From the NCBI RefSeq assembly GCF_018977255.1, contig NW_024704743.1, forward strand, positions 92,754,001 through 92,818,000: 64,000 nucleotides of DNA, given 5' to 3'. Position numbers and translations under genes: made by a program. Below are positions 12,868 to 25,663 of this stretch, one piece after another (the first letter of the stretch is position 1; the number at the start of each line of letters is the position of its first letter). Under the pieces are notes generated by a model. It did no database searches. It had not been told where the DNA came from and saw nothing but the letters and a program-made list of their open reading frames with translations. The stretch comes from Callorhinchus milii. Lineage: Eukaryota.

Positions 12868-14154
12868 ATAGTTTACACCAGAGTTTAATAAAGAATACTG
12901 TAACTTCTACCTTATTGTATACATTTTCACCATCTTTTCTTCAAAAGTATATTAAATATATTGATATGGGTAGAAACGAGTAACAAAGATGATTCTCAGA
13001 ATTAGGACTCTCTCAGTATTTAATTAGATATCCCTGAAGATTGAAGGTGAGGGAAATGTAATCCAAGTCTTAAAAACAATGAAAGACGATAAAATGCTAT
13101 TTGACATAAAATGCAAAACAGTATTAAAGGACATATGTTTAAAGTTAATAAGGCTCAATAGAAGATTTGTTTCTATATGGAGAAGTAGGTATGTGAAATA
13201 TAATTTCCAATAAAAGCAGTTAATACTGGGTCAATTAACTTGTTCAAAAAATACAGCCTTCCTCATCAAGTATTTATCTTTCTTTGCTGTATGCCTCAAT
13301 TGACTCTATAAAGCAGTCCATTCCACAGTCTATAAATCATTTGTGATCCCTCCACTCCTCTTACACTGGTTTAACTCTCATTTTGAAGCTGTTACCTCCT
13401 ATGTTTATTATGTTATCAAGTCTTGCATTTTTTCTTCTGCTTTTTTTACAAAACATTCAGATATCAAATGCTGGAAAGAAACGGTAAAACAATGTATTTT
13501 TGAGTAAGGCTTTCATTCAATCAAGGAATAAGCTGTTCTTCCTCAGCACGTGCAATTCATAATGTAGCAAGCTTTTGTTTCAACTTTTGCAAAGATTCAT
13601 AGAAACATGAGTGTTAAATGAGGCCACACGAGTGAAAGGAGGTTCCCACTGCATGTGAACCAACTGAGAATAACAGATTTGGATTTGCTACAAGTATTAA
13701 TAAGAAGAGATTATGAATTATAGAATGCCAGTACCACTTTCACGTCAGAGCTTAAAGTACATTTAAAAAGTTCAAGAAAAACGGTCATCTATAACTAATG
13801 TTAATTACCTTGATATGATCCATTTACTTATTTTCCAGTTAATTTATTCTTGTGTCCAGCATTTAAAGTCTATGGGGTGAAAAATGAAGTACATGATGAT
13901 AATCACGTGACGATAAGCGCTCCAGGACGCTACCCCATGTGAATGATGCTATATAAATGCAAGTTGTTGTTGTATAATTGTGGAACATTATACTTCTTCA
14001 AGATGTTCTAATCAATAATTACCAAAGGAAATCCCCCCTCCCCCCACATAATATGTTTCCAGGCAAACCTGGTATCCAATTTGCACATTTGCACATATTG
14101 CACAATAATCTCCAAGAAAATGGATGACTAATATATTTGGGGGCCAAAACAGAA

Positions 14155-14244
14155 GTCGCTGGGAACATGCAGCAGGTCAGGCAGCATCTATGGAGAGAGG
14201 AAAATAACTTAGTGTTTCAGGTCGATGACCATTCGTCAGAACTG
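14155..14244 (-). mobile_element. Penelope-like element terminal remnant with a degenerate minimal hammerhead ribozyme motif
   Basis: The minus strand reads AGTT-CTGACGA-AT-GGTC-ATC-GACC-T-GAAA-CACT-AAGTT, followed by CTCTCCATAGATGCTGCCTGACCTGCTG, which I recognise from fish and shark Penelope-like repeats. Confidence 0.55.
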
Positions 14245-14249
14245 ATTGT

Positions 14250-14485
14250 TGGATATTTGGATAAACTCTGTTCTCTTTTTGAACAGTGATAGGGGATCTT
14301 TAACATCCACCTTAAAAGGCAAATATGACCTTGGTTTAATGATTCATCTGAAGGATGATACCTCCAGTACTCCCACAGCACTCTACAAGAGAATTAGCCT
14401 CAACTATGAGCTCAAAGACCCGACTTGGGGCTTGCACCTGTCTGAAACAGTGGTGAGAATGCTACCAACTGATCCAAGCTGCTGC
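14250..14485 (-). mobile_element. Old Deu-domain SINE (SacSINE1/AmnSINE1-like)
   Basis: GGGATCTTTAACATCCACCT...TTGGTTTAATGATTCATCTGAAGGATG is the reverse complement of the Deu domain (GATGAGACGTTAAACCGAGG...AGGTGGACGTAAAAGATCCC). Confidence 0.7.
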
Positions 14486-14654
14486 CTGTTAGGACAACAC
14501 TAGTTTCAATCAATTGTCCTATGATGGGATACCCCAAACTCCAATTGTGGACAAACTAAGATCTTATACAAGTTCAATTTAACTCTGGATTAAAACAACA
14601 CAAGGATGTGATTTAAATTCTGACTGTGCCTGCATATAATGTTACTAAATAAAT

Positions 14655-15120
14655 GGAGTCCTGTAGCTCAGTGGTTAGAGCACTCACCTTGTCAAGTGAG
14701 AGACCTGGGTTTGATTCCCGGCAGGGTGAAACTTTGGGCAAGTTTCTTTACTCCACATGCCTGATAATAATCCTTAAAAAAAATAATAAAATTGATCACT
14801 TCAATCCACAACTATTTGTGGGGAACACATGCAGTGGGAACTTCCTCTCACTGTTTTGGCCCCCAACTATACTGGTCATTCATTTTCTTGGAAATTATTG
14901 TGCAATATGTGCAAATTGGATACCAGGTTTGCCTGGAAACATATTGTCTATACTATACTTTTCAACAGTTCCATTTGAAATCTTGGACATTTGCAATTGG
15001 CTACCACTTTCGCCCACAAGTAGACAGTCAATTCAGTTTACAGTATATTCTGTGAAGCGCTTTGAGACATCCAGAAGATGTGAAAAGCGTTATATCAAAT
15101 GCAAGGATTATTATTATTAT
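14655..15120 (+). mobile_element. Full-length tRNA SINE (short form) carrying a ~165-bp composite insertion at about 14826-14990
   Basis: The GGAGTCCTGTAGCTCAGTGG head and (TTA)n tail are intact. The Deu core is split between TTTGTGGGGA and TGCAATTGGCT. Confidence 0.9.
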
Positions 15121-16222
15121 AAGGAAATGAGAGGAGCAAGAGTAGGATAGAGTCCTTAGGGCGCACTGGTGGTGATGGTGTGGGGATTACAACAACAGAA
15201 GCCATAGGAGGAATATAGTAAAAACAATAGAGAGGTTGAAGAGAATGAGGAGGACAATTTTGTCCATAAATATACAGTCAATTCACTTTACAGCATATTC
15301 TGTGAAGCGCTTTCAGACGTCGAGAAGACATGTAAAGCGCTATATCAAATGCAAGGATTATATTATATTTATCATAACAGTAAACTTCAATCACACTGAT
15401 GTCATTGGTAATTTACCCAGGGTTGTCTCAGTGTTGTGGTCATATTGAATCAGACTGGAAGCTCTCATATAGGGAACGATAGAACAACATGTTTCATTAT
15501 GTTGTAGAGAATTGACAAATTTGTCTTTAATAGTACATAGAAAAATGTGATGTTTCTTAACAAATGCTTTTAACAAATTTGCTAAAACATTTGATACCCA
15601 ATCAATTCTGTTAAGAAACAGCAAGTTTTACTCACCTTATGATTTCAAGCAATGCCAGTCTCTGTGTTTTCAGTTGGTTCATTTGATGGAAAGCATCAAT
15701 GCCCAGTAATACTGGTTATAAAAATATAACTGGTTCAGAGCATTGAGGAGCAGACTGTTTTTCAAAATGTTGCAGATACAATTGAAGATGGCTGCACAGT
15801 TAGAAATATATGTGTGGCTGCATAATTTTACATAATTCCTCTCTGAAGTCTGGTTTGTATGATATGTTTGATATGCTTCAAAACATTTAGGACACTGACC
15901 ATTGAATATCACACAGTAAAGCGTAATTTGTTTTGCAGATAGAATTGTTGACCGCAATGGTATATTTTTGAAGTAACAGTCCCATTGTAATCATAACCAT
16001 CATTTGTGAAATTGTGACTATGTTCTGGGTTCCATTAACATCTCATTTGTTGAGAATTGTACTACAGGCAGCCTTCATGTTATGGTCTCATCAGTTATAA
16101 ATTGCAAAGCATTGCTATAAAGTACTTTGTATGAGTAACATTACAAATTGCATGTTGTGTTCGTAGAGCAAAACTGAGGTAAGTACTTGTTTGGTGTCTC
16201 TGGCATTTCATCACTCTCCACT

Positions 16223-16737
16223 ACAACAACAACAACAAGATTCCATTTATAGAGCGCCTTTCACGTCGGGAGGACGTCCCAAGGCGCTGTCCAGTTGGGT
16301 CAGGACCCGAGCAGGGGAAATGGTCAGGGTGAAGGAAGGGAAGGGAGGGAGCGAGGAGAGAGTAGAGAGTCGAGAGGGGAGCTGAAGGCACGGTCAAAGA
16401 GAAAGGTCTTGAGACCGGCCTTGAAGGAGGAAAGGGAGGAAGCGGCGAAGTCATTGGGGGATGGAGTTCCAGAGCCTCGGGGCTGAGAGGCTGAAGGCCC
16501 GGCCACCAATGGTAGGGCGGTTGGGGCGGGGGATGTGGAGCAGACAGGAGCCAGAAGAATGGAGGGTACGGGCAGGTAGGTAGGGGGATAGTAGGTCGGA
16601 GAGGTAGGAGGGAGCAAGGCCGTGAATGGCCTTGTAGGTGAGGATGAGGATCTTGAATTTGATCCTCTGGGGGATGGGGAGCCAGTGGAGGCGAGCGAGG
16701 GTGGAGTGATGTGGTCCCGAAGCCTGGTGCGGGACAG
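16223..16737 (-). mobile_element. L2 LINE 3' fragment (CTCCC-loop family)
   Basis: ORF 16324-16617 contains the L2 terminal motif SLSSFKAGLKTFLFDRAF. The 3' UTR ends GCGCCTTGGGACGTCCTCCCGACGTGAAAGGCGC then (TTG)n. Near-identical to 20651-21076. Confidence 0.92.
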
Positions 16738-17814
16738 TTCACTAAAGCTGCCTCCTTCATTCTTACACCTTCATTTCTTAGTTGTTCTTTTGTTACCTGA
16801 CGAAACTTTGAACAAGCCTTATTTTTACCCTTTTTTAAATTAATTTTCCTCACTTACACTCACTGTGCTTTCCTATCTCCTTCTTTGTTGCCTTTGGTTT
16901 ATCTTTTTGTTATCTAACAACCTCTAAGTCTAAATATTTGTCTTGTAGTTTTAGACTTGATCTAATTTTATTATTTATCCATGTATCTTCAGCCTTTGAC
17001 ACACTCCTTGTTTGCAGAATCATAGAATGTTACAGCATAAAAAGAGATAATTTGGCCCATTAGCATTGGTGTTTTTCTCCATTTTAATCAATCTAACCTC
17101 ATTGTCAGATGTTGTGTGTCAAGAGAACAAATTGAAAGCATCAAGCGTGTGTCTCTGCTAAGAAAGCACAAGATAAGAGCAATGACATTACACCAAGGGG
17201 TAATGCAGGTTCGGGATAAATAATAAAAAAAATACACTGCAGTTCACGGAGACCAGGAACACAATGTAAATAATAAATCACTTTTATAGCACGTGAATTA
17301 CTGTTTTTGGCTCTGTGTTTTTTTTCCCAGGCTGTTAAATAATGTATTAACTTATGTTGCCTCTTTTCTTCAAAAGTGAGAGAAATGATAAAATGACTAA
17401 ATTATCTGGCAGCTGTGGGAATCCTCAGAAACAAAGGTCAGGACTAGGCTGTGAAAATTATTCAGTGAGATCCAGCCCATCTTGCTGTAAACTTCATGGT
17501 GATGATCGCCCGATTTTCCCTATACATTTAAAGCTTAGTGATGCTGTTTTTAGATGACTATATAGATGTTTTGTTTTGTTAAGATTGTTCACCTTCACCT
17601 GCAAATACAGTCACTACACTAGGCAGTGAATTTTGTCATAAGTATGAGGTCCATAATAATGAATTTACTGACTGTAATGTGGTTAGACTGAAGTATTCCT
17701 AAGGTGATCAAAACTAAGCAATCCTGTTTCACTACCCGAAATATTTCATTCACAATAACCAAACAGCTAAGTACAATATGAATGACTTGAGGAGTTAGAG
17801 ATGTTTCAAAGCCT

Positions 17815-18027
17815 ATTGGGACATGGGGGTAATAGGCTCTTGGTGCCTAGTGAAGGAAAGGACACAACTTGCAGAGGTCTGGAGGGTCTGTAGTTTGTGG
17901 AGGGAAGAGGCAGATAGTTTGGCGATAAACGAGTTGGCATACTCTAGCCTGGACATGATAAGTACGTGAATTAAAGTCTCCGTGACCTGAGGAAAGAGGT
18001 AGTGGTGGAGGCAGGCAGTGTTAGGGA
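17815..18027 (-). mobile_element. Older L2 ORF2 fragment
   Basis: The translation TETLIHVLIMSRLEYANS...LHKLQTLQTSA...ITP matches the L2 C-terminal region. Confidence 0.8.
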
Positions 18028-18028
18028 G

Positions 18029-18099
<71 letters not shown>

Positions 18100-18306
18100 C
18101 CTTGCATTTGATATAGCGCTTTTCACGTCGGGAGGACGGCCCAAAGCGCTTCACAGAACACACTGTAAAGTGAATTGACTGTATATTTGTGGGCGAAATC
18201 GGCAGCTAATTGCGCACAGCAATGTCCCACAAACAGTCGTAGATTGAAAATGACCAATTTAATTATTGTTTTTGGTTTTTGGTTTTTGGTTTTTGGAGGG
18301 ATTATT
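18029..18306 (-). mobile_element. Young 5'-truncated SINE with a long (TAA)n tail
   Basis: CTCCC-loop tail and a pure (TAA)n run at about 18029-18098. The body matches the 3674 copy. Confidence 0.92.
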
Positions 18307-19459
18307 AAGATGGAGGAAAGCTAAGCGGGTCAGAGCATGGATGTGAGGTTTAAAGGACAGTTGTGAGTCAAACAAAACATGGAGGTTTCACCAGCCACTG
18401 CAAGGTGCAGTGTGCATCAATGTAGATTGAAGCTGTCAGCACTTGAGGTGAGAAGGCATGAGAAGGATGAAGAAAGAAAGAGTTTGCATGTCATCATGAT
18501 AGCTTGCATGTAAGTGTGCCATCACATCACAATGACTCAAAGTTTTTCACAGGTAATTGCTGTCAAGATTGCAAAGAACTATGGAGTATGCTTAAAATCA
18601 GTTTTAATTTGCAAGCTGATTTTCCCTAGTTCTTAAAAAGAACGGAATTCCAAATTAAACGTGAACTCAAGAGTTTTCCACATTATGTGCATCTTAAATT
18701 TTTGAAAAGATTGACAGGCTAAGACTATATGGCATTTATGCCCTTTGGATCTGTGCAGTTAATATTAAGCAATTAATTGTATTTAGATATGCGACTAGGA
18801 TTGGAATCTTTCTATTCGGATAAGAATGTAATATATCTGCATTGAAGTAATACCACAACATATGGATTGAGCCGGTGTGCCAAATCCTCTGAGGTGCAGC
18901 ACAAAGAAAATGCTAATGAAGTGGTGCCCAGGCTCTCCTGATAAAATTCTACACAAACAGCTTTTTGCTTTTTGTTAATAAAATTGCACAAGGTAAATTG
19001 CATTAAAATGTGTCACTGCATCATCTGAGTATAGTACTAGATTAAAAAATTGAGAACGAAAACTGTGACAATTAATATAAATATCACTGGTTGACAATCA
19101 GTACTGGTGATATCACATTTTCAAACATTCTGCTCCTGTCAATGTATCGGTTGATAAACATCCTCTATGTTAAAATGAACCAATCTAAGTTTGTACTCTA
19201 TGAAGTGACACAAAGGCTTCAATGGTTTCCAGGCTGCCTCAATGGTCACTGTTAAGTGCTTGAATTAAAAAATTGCATGTATACAGCAACTAACGCATGA
19301 AAATAAACATTCAAAGCTCTTTACAAAACCTTCATTAGAAATTAAGTGATTGTTGTCATAGACATCTCGAAGAAGTGATGAGGTGCTACATCAAATGCAA
19401 AGATTATTATTATAACATAAACAAATTGGGTAGCTAAGCTGTACTAGCAGCATCCCACA

Positions 19460-20049
19460 AACAACAACAACAACAACTTGGATTTATATAGCCAGACGGC
19501 ATTTCAAAGTACTTCACAGTAATGGATACCGGGCCCAAGCCAGGGGGAGGAAGGTGACCAAAGGCGTGGTCGAAAAGAAAGGTCTTCAGCCGAGACCTGA
19601 AAATAGGATGAGAGAGGGTGAGGCGAAGGGAGTTCCAGAGCCTCAGGGCATAGTGGCTGAAGGTACGGCCGCCGATGGTGGAACAAAGGATTCGGGGGGC
19701 AAGGAGGAGGCCAGACCCAGTGGAGTGAAGGCAACAGGCACTGTTGTGAGGAGAGAGAAGGTCAGAGAGGTAGGGGGGTGCCGAGGAGTGAGGGATTTGA
19801 AGACAAGAGTGAGGATCTTGAAGTCGATCCTCTCTGGGACAGGCAGCCAGTGCAGTCTGGTTAGGACTGGGGTGATCGGGAAGTGGAGTTTGGTACGGGT
19901 AAGAATGCGGGCGGCAGAGTTCTGGATGACCTGGAATTTATGAATGGTAGTGGAGGGGAGACCGGCGAGGAGGGAGGTTGAACCTGACGTCTAGGTTGCG
20001 TACGGGTTCGGAGAGTTTTAGGGGCAGGTCGGGTAGGTGGACGAGGTGA
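19460..20049 (-). mobile_element. L2 LINE 3' fragment (same family as 20221-22040 and 49984-50612) with internal deletions
   Basis: (CAA)n tail at 19460. The reverse complement aligns to 21256-22040. Confidence 0.9.
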
Positions 20050-20220
20050 ACTAATTTATATAAGGAGGATAATTTGGAAAAAAATTGTATATTTCTTTGA
20101 AATAGAAACGGTTGGATGGTTTCTTAACATCCCCCTGAATCATGCGGGAGACGGAACCTACAATTAAAAATACAGTCAAAGAATAGGATAGTTATAGTTG
20201 TTGCCAAAGAATAGAATAGC

Positions 20221-22040
20221 TGTTGACAACCAAATTTGCGCACATCTGTCCTCTCACTCCCTTTTCGAACCCCTCCAGACCGGTTTCCGCCCTGCCCACA
20301 GTACAGAGACTGCGCTTGTGAAAGTCACAAACGACATCCTCTCTATCGGTGACCAGGGCTCCCTCTGCCTCCGTGTCCTCCTGGACCTCTCAGCCGCATT
20401 CGACAGAGTCGATCACGCTATCCTTCTCCACCGCCTTTCCTCCGTCATCCACCTCAGTGGGACCACACTTGCCTGGTTCGAGTCCTACCTCACTAATCAC
20501 CAGCAGTACACATCTGCACAGACGGCTTCTCCTCCCGCTCTCACTCGGTCACCTGCGGGGTACACCAAGGATCCATCCTTGGCCCCCTCCTCCTTCTGAT
20601 CTACATGCTCCCTCTTGGAGATGTCATCCGCAGACATGGGATACACTTCCACAACAACAACAACAAAATTTAATTTAGAGAGCGCCTTTCACGTCGGGAG
20701 GACGTCCCAAGGCGCTGGACAGTTGGGTTAGGACCCGAGCAGGGGGGAAATGATCAGGGTGAGGGGAGGGAAGGGAAGGAGCGAGGAGGGGGTAGAGGGT
20801 CGAGAGGGGAGCTGAAGGCACAGTCAAAGAGAAAGGTCTTGAGATCGGCCTTGAAGGAGGAAAGGGAGGAAGCAAGGCGAAGGCACTGGGGGATGGAGTT
20901 TCCAGAGCCTAGGGGCTGAGAGGCTGAAGGCCCGGCCACCGATGGTAGGGCGGTTGGGGTGGTGGATGTGGAGCAGACCGGAGCCAGAGGAAAGGAGGGT
21001 ACGGGCAGGTAAGTAGGTGGATAGTAGGTCGGAGAGGTAGGAGGGAGCAAGCCCGTGAATGGCCTTGTAGGTGAGGAAGTATGCAGACCCAACTCTATTT
21101 TTCCATCTCTCTTTGCGACCCCCAGTCCCCTGATGTTCTGTCAGCCTGCCTGTCAGATCTCAAGGGCTGGATGAGTGCAAATTTCCTTCAGCTGAACGTT
21201 GACAAGACGGAAGCCATACTCTTTGGCTCTCATCAATGTCTAAAATCTCATGGCTCTCACCTCCTCCACCTACCCGACCTCCCCCTAAAACTCTCTGAAC
21301 CCGCACGCAACCTAGGTGTCAGGTTCGACCCCCAATTATCCTTCCTTCCCCCACATCCTGTCCCTCACCAGCACTGCTTTATTCCACCTCCGACGCATCA
21401 CCCGTCTCCGCCAATACCTCTCCCCAACAGCCGCTGAAACCCTGGTTCATGCCTTTGTCACCTCTCGGCTGGACTACTCTAAAGCTCAATGCCCTTCTTG
21501 CCTGTCTCCCCTCCACTACCACCCATAAAATCCAGATCATTCAAAACTCTGCCGCCCGCATTCTCACCTGCATGAAACTCTGCTCCCCGATCACCGCAGT
21601 CCTTGCCAGACTGCACTGGCTGCTTATCCCAGAGAGGATCGATTTCTTGATCGATCCTCACCCTTGTCTTCAAATCCCTCCTCTCCTCTGCACCCCCATA
21701 CCTCTCTGACCTCCTCTCTCCTCAAAACAGTACCCGTTCACTTTGTTCCTCTGGGTTTGGCCTCCTCCTCGTCCCCCGAGTCCTCCGCTCCACCCTCAGT
21801 GGCCGTGCCTTCGGCCATTACGTCCCGAGGCTCTGGAACTCCCTTCCTCACTCCCTTCACCTCGCTCCCTCCCTTCCTATTTTCGGGTCTCTACTGAAGA
21901 TCTTTCTTTTCGAACTCGCCTTTGGTCACTTTCCTCCCCCTCCCCTTGGCTCGGCCTCAGGAACCGTTACTGTGAAGCACTCTGAGACGCCGTCCAGCGT
22001 GGAGGGCGCTATATAAATCCAAGTTGTTGTTGTTGTTGTT
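20221..22040 (+). mobile_element. L2 LINE, RT pseudogene to 3' tail, split by a nested L2
   Basis: Translations QTGFRPAHSTETALVKVTND, LLDLSAAFDRVDH, WMSANFLQLNVDKTEAI and LVHAFVTSRLDYS, with frameshifts. (TTG)n tail at about 22023-22040. Confidence 0.95.
20651..21076 (-). mobile_element. Nested L2 3' fragment (CTCCC-loop family) inserted antisense into the L2 RT
   Basis: It interrupts the host near the F-H-x-Y-A-D motif, has a (CAA)n tail at 20651 and is near-identical to 16223-16650. Confidence 0.92.
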
Positions 22041-22054
22041 GATGATGATAATGA

Positions 22055-22320
22055 ACAATTTTATCTGGTTGATTGTTGGCTAGAACATTGAGAGATACTC
22101 CTTTCTCTTTTTATATAGTGCCACGGAATCTTTAATTCCCACCTGAACAGGCAGCTAGACCTCAATTAATGTCTCATCTGAAGGTCGGCACCTCCAACAG
22201 TGCAGCACTCCTCCATGGAATGTTTTGGAGTATCAGACTAAATTACATAATTTCAAAGTTACCTTCTGGGGCTTGAATCCAAACTTTTAGGGCAAGAGAC
22301 CTATTAACTGAGTCAGACTG
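22055..22320 (-). mobile_element. Old Deu-domain SINE
   Basis: TAGTGCCACGGAATCTTT...CCACCTGAACAGGCAG...GTCTCATCTGAAGGTCGGCACCTCCAACAGTGCAGCAC is the reverse complement of the Deu domain. Confidence 0.8.
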
Positions 22321-23327
22321 ATGTACTAGTAGTTTTATTTTGTTAGATTAAATATTGCATTTTTCTTCCCACATTTCATGAAATTGGGGAAGGAGGCAAA
22401 AGCTTAATGTGGGAAAATGTGGAGAATTGTTGGCCAGAACACTGACAGAATATATGATCATTTTGCTTGTGTACTTAACAACATATTTGGGATATACTAT
22501 AATTTTTTTTAAAATGCGAGGTATGGAAACAAGCCATTTGCCTAACTAGTTTGTGTTGACATTTATATTTCACATGAGCCTCTACCCACACTTGACTCCT
22601 TCCCATATCTTTCCATACCCTTCTCTCACATGTATATATCTACGACTAAACATTCCTCTCTTCCAAATCCGAAAATGGCTTCTCAATCAATCATTTCAGC
22701 ACAAATTAAGGCCGTGTTAGATTTTAACAGTGACAACTTTTGATTTGTGAATCCTAGCTGCTGGAATGTTTTTTAAAATTTACTGTTTAAGTATGAATTT
22801 CGGCCACAATCAAAGATGTTAAGAAGTGTTAAATCTGTCTCCTCCCTGGCCCGGATCCAGATTTCTCTGATCACTGAATCAAGGAGTGATGTGATTATGT
22901 TTGTTCTAAACATACAAAATGAGTTTTTCTCTCCACAGTGGCCACAGAATTCTGACTTGGTGACAAAAATAAAAGAGATACTGATCCTATTGTTATTGAT
23001 GATGCTGAGCAGGGAACAAATTGCGTAGATTTGAGAGATGCCACAGGGCACAGTACCTTGGTGACCACACCAATTCACATCACAGACACAGATATCGATC
23101 CTAAGTGAAGATTTACCTACCTACAAGACAATCAGCACATGTCAGAATGAATGTGACCCTATAGGCTACATACAGTGCTGGACACCTGGAGTGTTATGAA
23201 ATGTTATGACAAGATCCTGACTCTGTGTTTTAACTCAATTTTTTTAGAAATTTTATTCATCTATTTAATAAATAAGAAAGCATAAATGTAAAAATCATTG
23301 AGCCTATCATGTCAGTTCATTTTAGAG

Positions 23328-23700
23328 CCTGGCTCAGTTGGTATGACACTCCCCTCTGTGTTAGAAGTTTGTGGACTCAAGCCTCATGATTTCATTAGCT
23401 AGATTGTCACTTTGATGTAGGGCTGGAGGACCACTACATTGTCGGAGGTGCCATCCATTGGATGAGATGGTAAAGATAAACTCTGCCTGCAGAGGTGGAT
23501 GTTAAAGATCCTATGGCCCTATTGGAAAAGAGAATGGAATTACTCTTGGTCTCCTGGGACATTGGTATGTGCAATTGTACATAATTCGGCTGTTGCATTT
23601 GCCTACAAACACAAAGTTACTACACTTCACAGTAATAACCTATGATACACATTAAGATGTTTTGACAATGTGCTAAGGCACGTTATTAATTGTAAAGATT
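23328..23700 (+). mobile_element. Near full-length old Deu-domain SINE
   Basis: TGGCTCAGTTGG A-box head; CATTGTCGGAGGTGCCATCC...GATGAGATG...AGGTGGATGTTAAAGATCCTATGGC Deu domain; decayed L2-like tail. Confidence 0.78.
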
Positions 23701-24144
23701 TATATTACTGAATGCATTTTGCTTTTTAATAGATTGTACCAAAATTTGACATCTTTCTTCCTCATTCTCCATATTTTGTGACCTTGATACCAACAGTAGC
23801 TTCATTGCTAAACTATTAACAATTACCTATTAAAATAAAACAATGTAAAATAAAATATTTCAACAAATTTCCTATGTTCACTCTGTCAACCCAGTTCCTC
23901 TTGCTTGCTAGGTGATTGCGCTAACTGCTACCCTAATAGGACACTGAGCTGGGCTGACACACACTGAGCTGGGCTGACACACACTGACTCCATTAGCTTT
24001 GGGAGTTGGGGAGGAATAATGCCGGAGAATCAGCCAAGGGAATTTCGGCTTCTTCTGGAATTTCAAGTCCTTTTGACCACTTCACCTGCCCATCACCCTG
24101 TGTTGCACATTAGACTTGCTTGTGCCCAACCCTACTCACTTAGG

Positions 24145-24392
24145 ATGGATCAAGACAGAAGAACAAAGGACATAGATTTAAAGTTGTAAAGGGCAATTTC
24201 AGGACAGACACCAGTTTTTCTTTACACGGAGGGCAACGACTGCAACTGGTAACCAGGAAACCTGGTTGAGGGCAGAATACTGGACTCATTTAAAAAACAG
24301 CTTGATGCAGGTGGTAGAGCAGGCATTCTGACAGGATAAGATCAGATGGGCTGAAGAGTCTTCTTCATCCAGACTAATATTGTGATCTTGTC
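24145..24392 (+). mobile_element. CR1 LINE 3' fragment
   Basis: AGGACATAGATTTAAAGTTGTAAAGGGCAATTTCAGG...GGACTCATTTAAAAAACAGCTTGATGC. The same family occurs at 44020-44280. Confidence 0.7.
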
Positions 24393-25340
24393 TTCTTTTA
24401 TGAAGAGAGGTGTCACCTTTGCCAGGTTCCTGAAAGGATTGCTCTTGAGGAAGCTGATACAGACAGGATGGGGTGAATCCTTCGTCTGTGCCATAAATTT
24501 CTACGGTTCTAAAACCCTATCATTTGACCATCAATAGATCCACTCGATGTCCCTCACGTATAAGAGTCGGCTATACCTTCTAGTTACGGGAGTGAACAGT
24601 CATTCTCCTTGTTTTGTTTTCCATAACCAGAGCTAAGGTTCCTCAGCAAGCTGAGGGAAATGCCAACAAAGAAAACTTACCACAATCTGCAATCAATCCC
24701 CCAATAGACCCATTTCACATCATATCTCACCATTCCCATTATGTACATATATGATCCACACCCCTGTGATCCACAAAGCCTAGAAACAGTCCAAATAGGC
24801 AGCAAGACAGCCATTGAATTCAGCATTCTGTATTTTTTTCAATTATTTGCAGTGAATATGTTGAGCAATCTCAAGTACAAATTGGAAGTTGCAATTTGCA
24901 TATGTTGCATTGAGATTCTATTGTTTCTATGATCTGTGTTTGTATCCTGAAGGTTATGTCACACACAATGAATATTTACTTTTCTCAATCCATTCATCAG
25001 CTCTATTGCAGTCATAGCTCTATTCTAGTTGGCTTCCAAATCAAGCACTGGCTGTGAGCTAGGAAATACTCTTGATGTGTGGGATATCAAGTGGATCTAT
25101 TGATGGTGAAGGGGTAGGGTTTGCAGGGGAAGAGAAAGTGGAAGTGGACAATGTCTTCTCCCACTGACACCTAGATGTTGACCCAGATGACTCCTGCCTC
25201 TACCTTTTGTTATAGGCGTGGACTTAAGCTTGGCTACATTGTAGGAATCCAAGATGGTAGCACCTAATATCTCACAACCAATTATTGTGCTGAACGCGGA
25301 GAACATAAGAACATAAGAAATGCTAGATGAAGAAAGACCA

Positions 25341-25663
25341 GAGTCCTGTAGCTCAGTGGTTAGAGCACTCGCCTTGCAAGCGAGACATCTGGGTTTAATT
25401 CCAGGCAGGGCGAAACCTTGGGCAAGTTTCCTTACGCCACATGCCAAATAATAATCCCTCCAAAACAATAATAAATAGGTCATTTTCAATCCACAACTGT
25501 TTGTGGGACACTGCTGTACACAATTGGTTAATTGGCTGCTGCGTTTTGCCCACAAATACACAGTCAATTCACTCTACAGCATATTCTGTGAAGCGCTTTG
25601 AGACGTCTAGAAGACATGAAAAGCGCTATATCAAATGGAAGGATTATTATTATTATCATTATT
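25341..25663 (+). mobile_element. Full-length tRNA SINE (short form, TAGAA-loop tail) inserted into a CR1 3' tail
   Basis: Intact head and tail with ACCA on both sides. The flanks join as GAACATAAGAACATAAGAAATGCTAGATGAAGAAAGACCAAGGTCCATCTAG, a minus-strand CR1-like terminus. Confidence 0.92.

Noticed and set aside
23941..23987. 20-bp direct repeats resembling a mini CRISPR array
   Set aside because: This is a spacerless tandem duplication in eukaryotic DNA with no cas genes.
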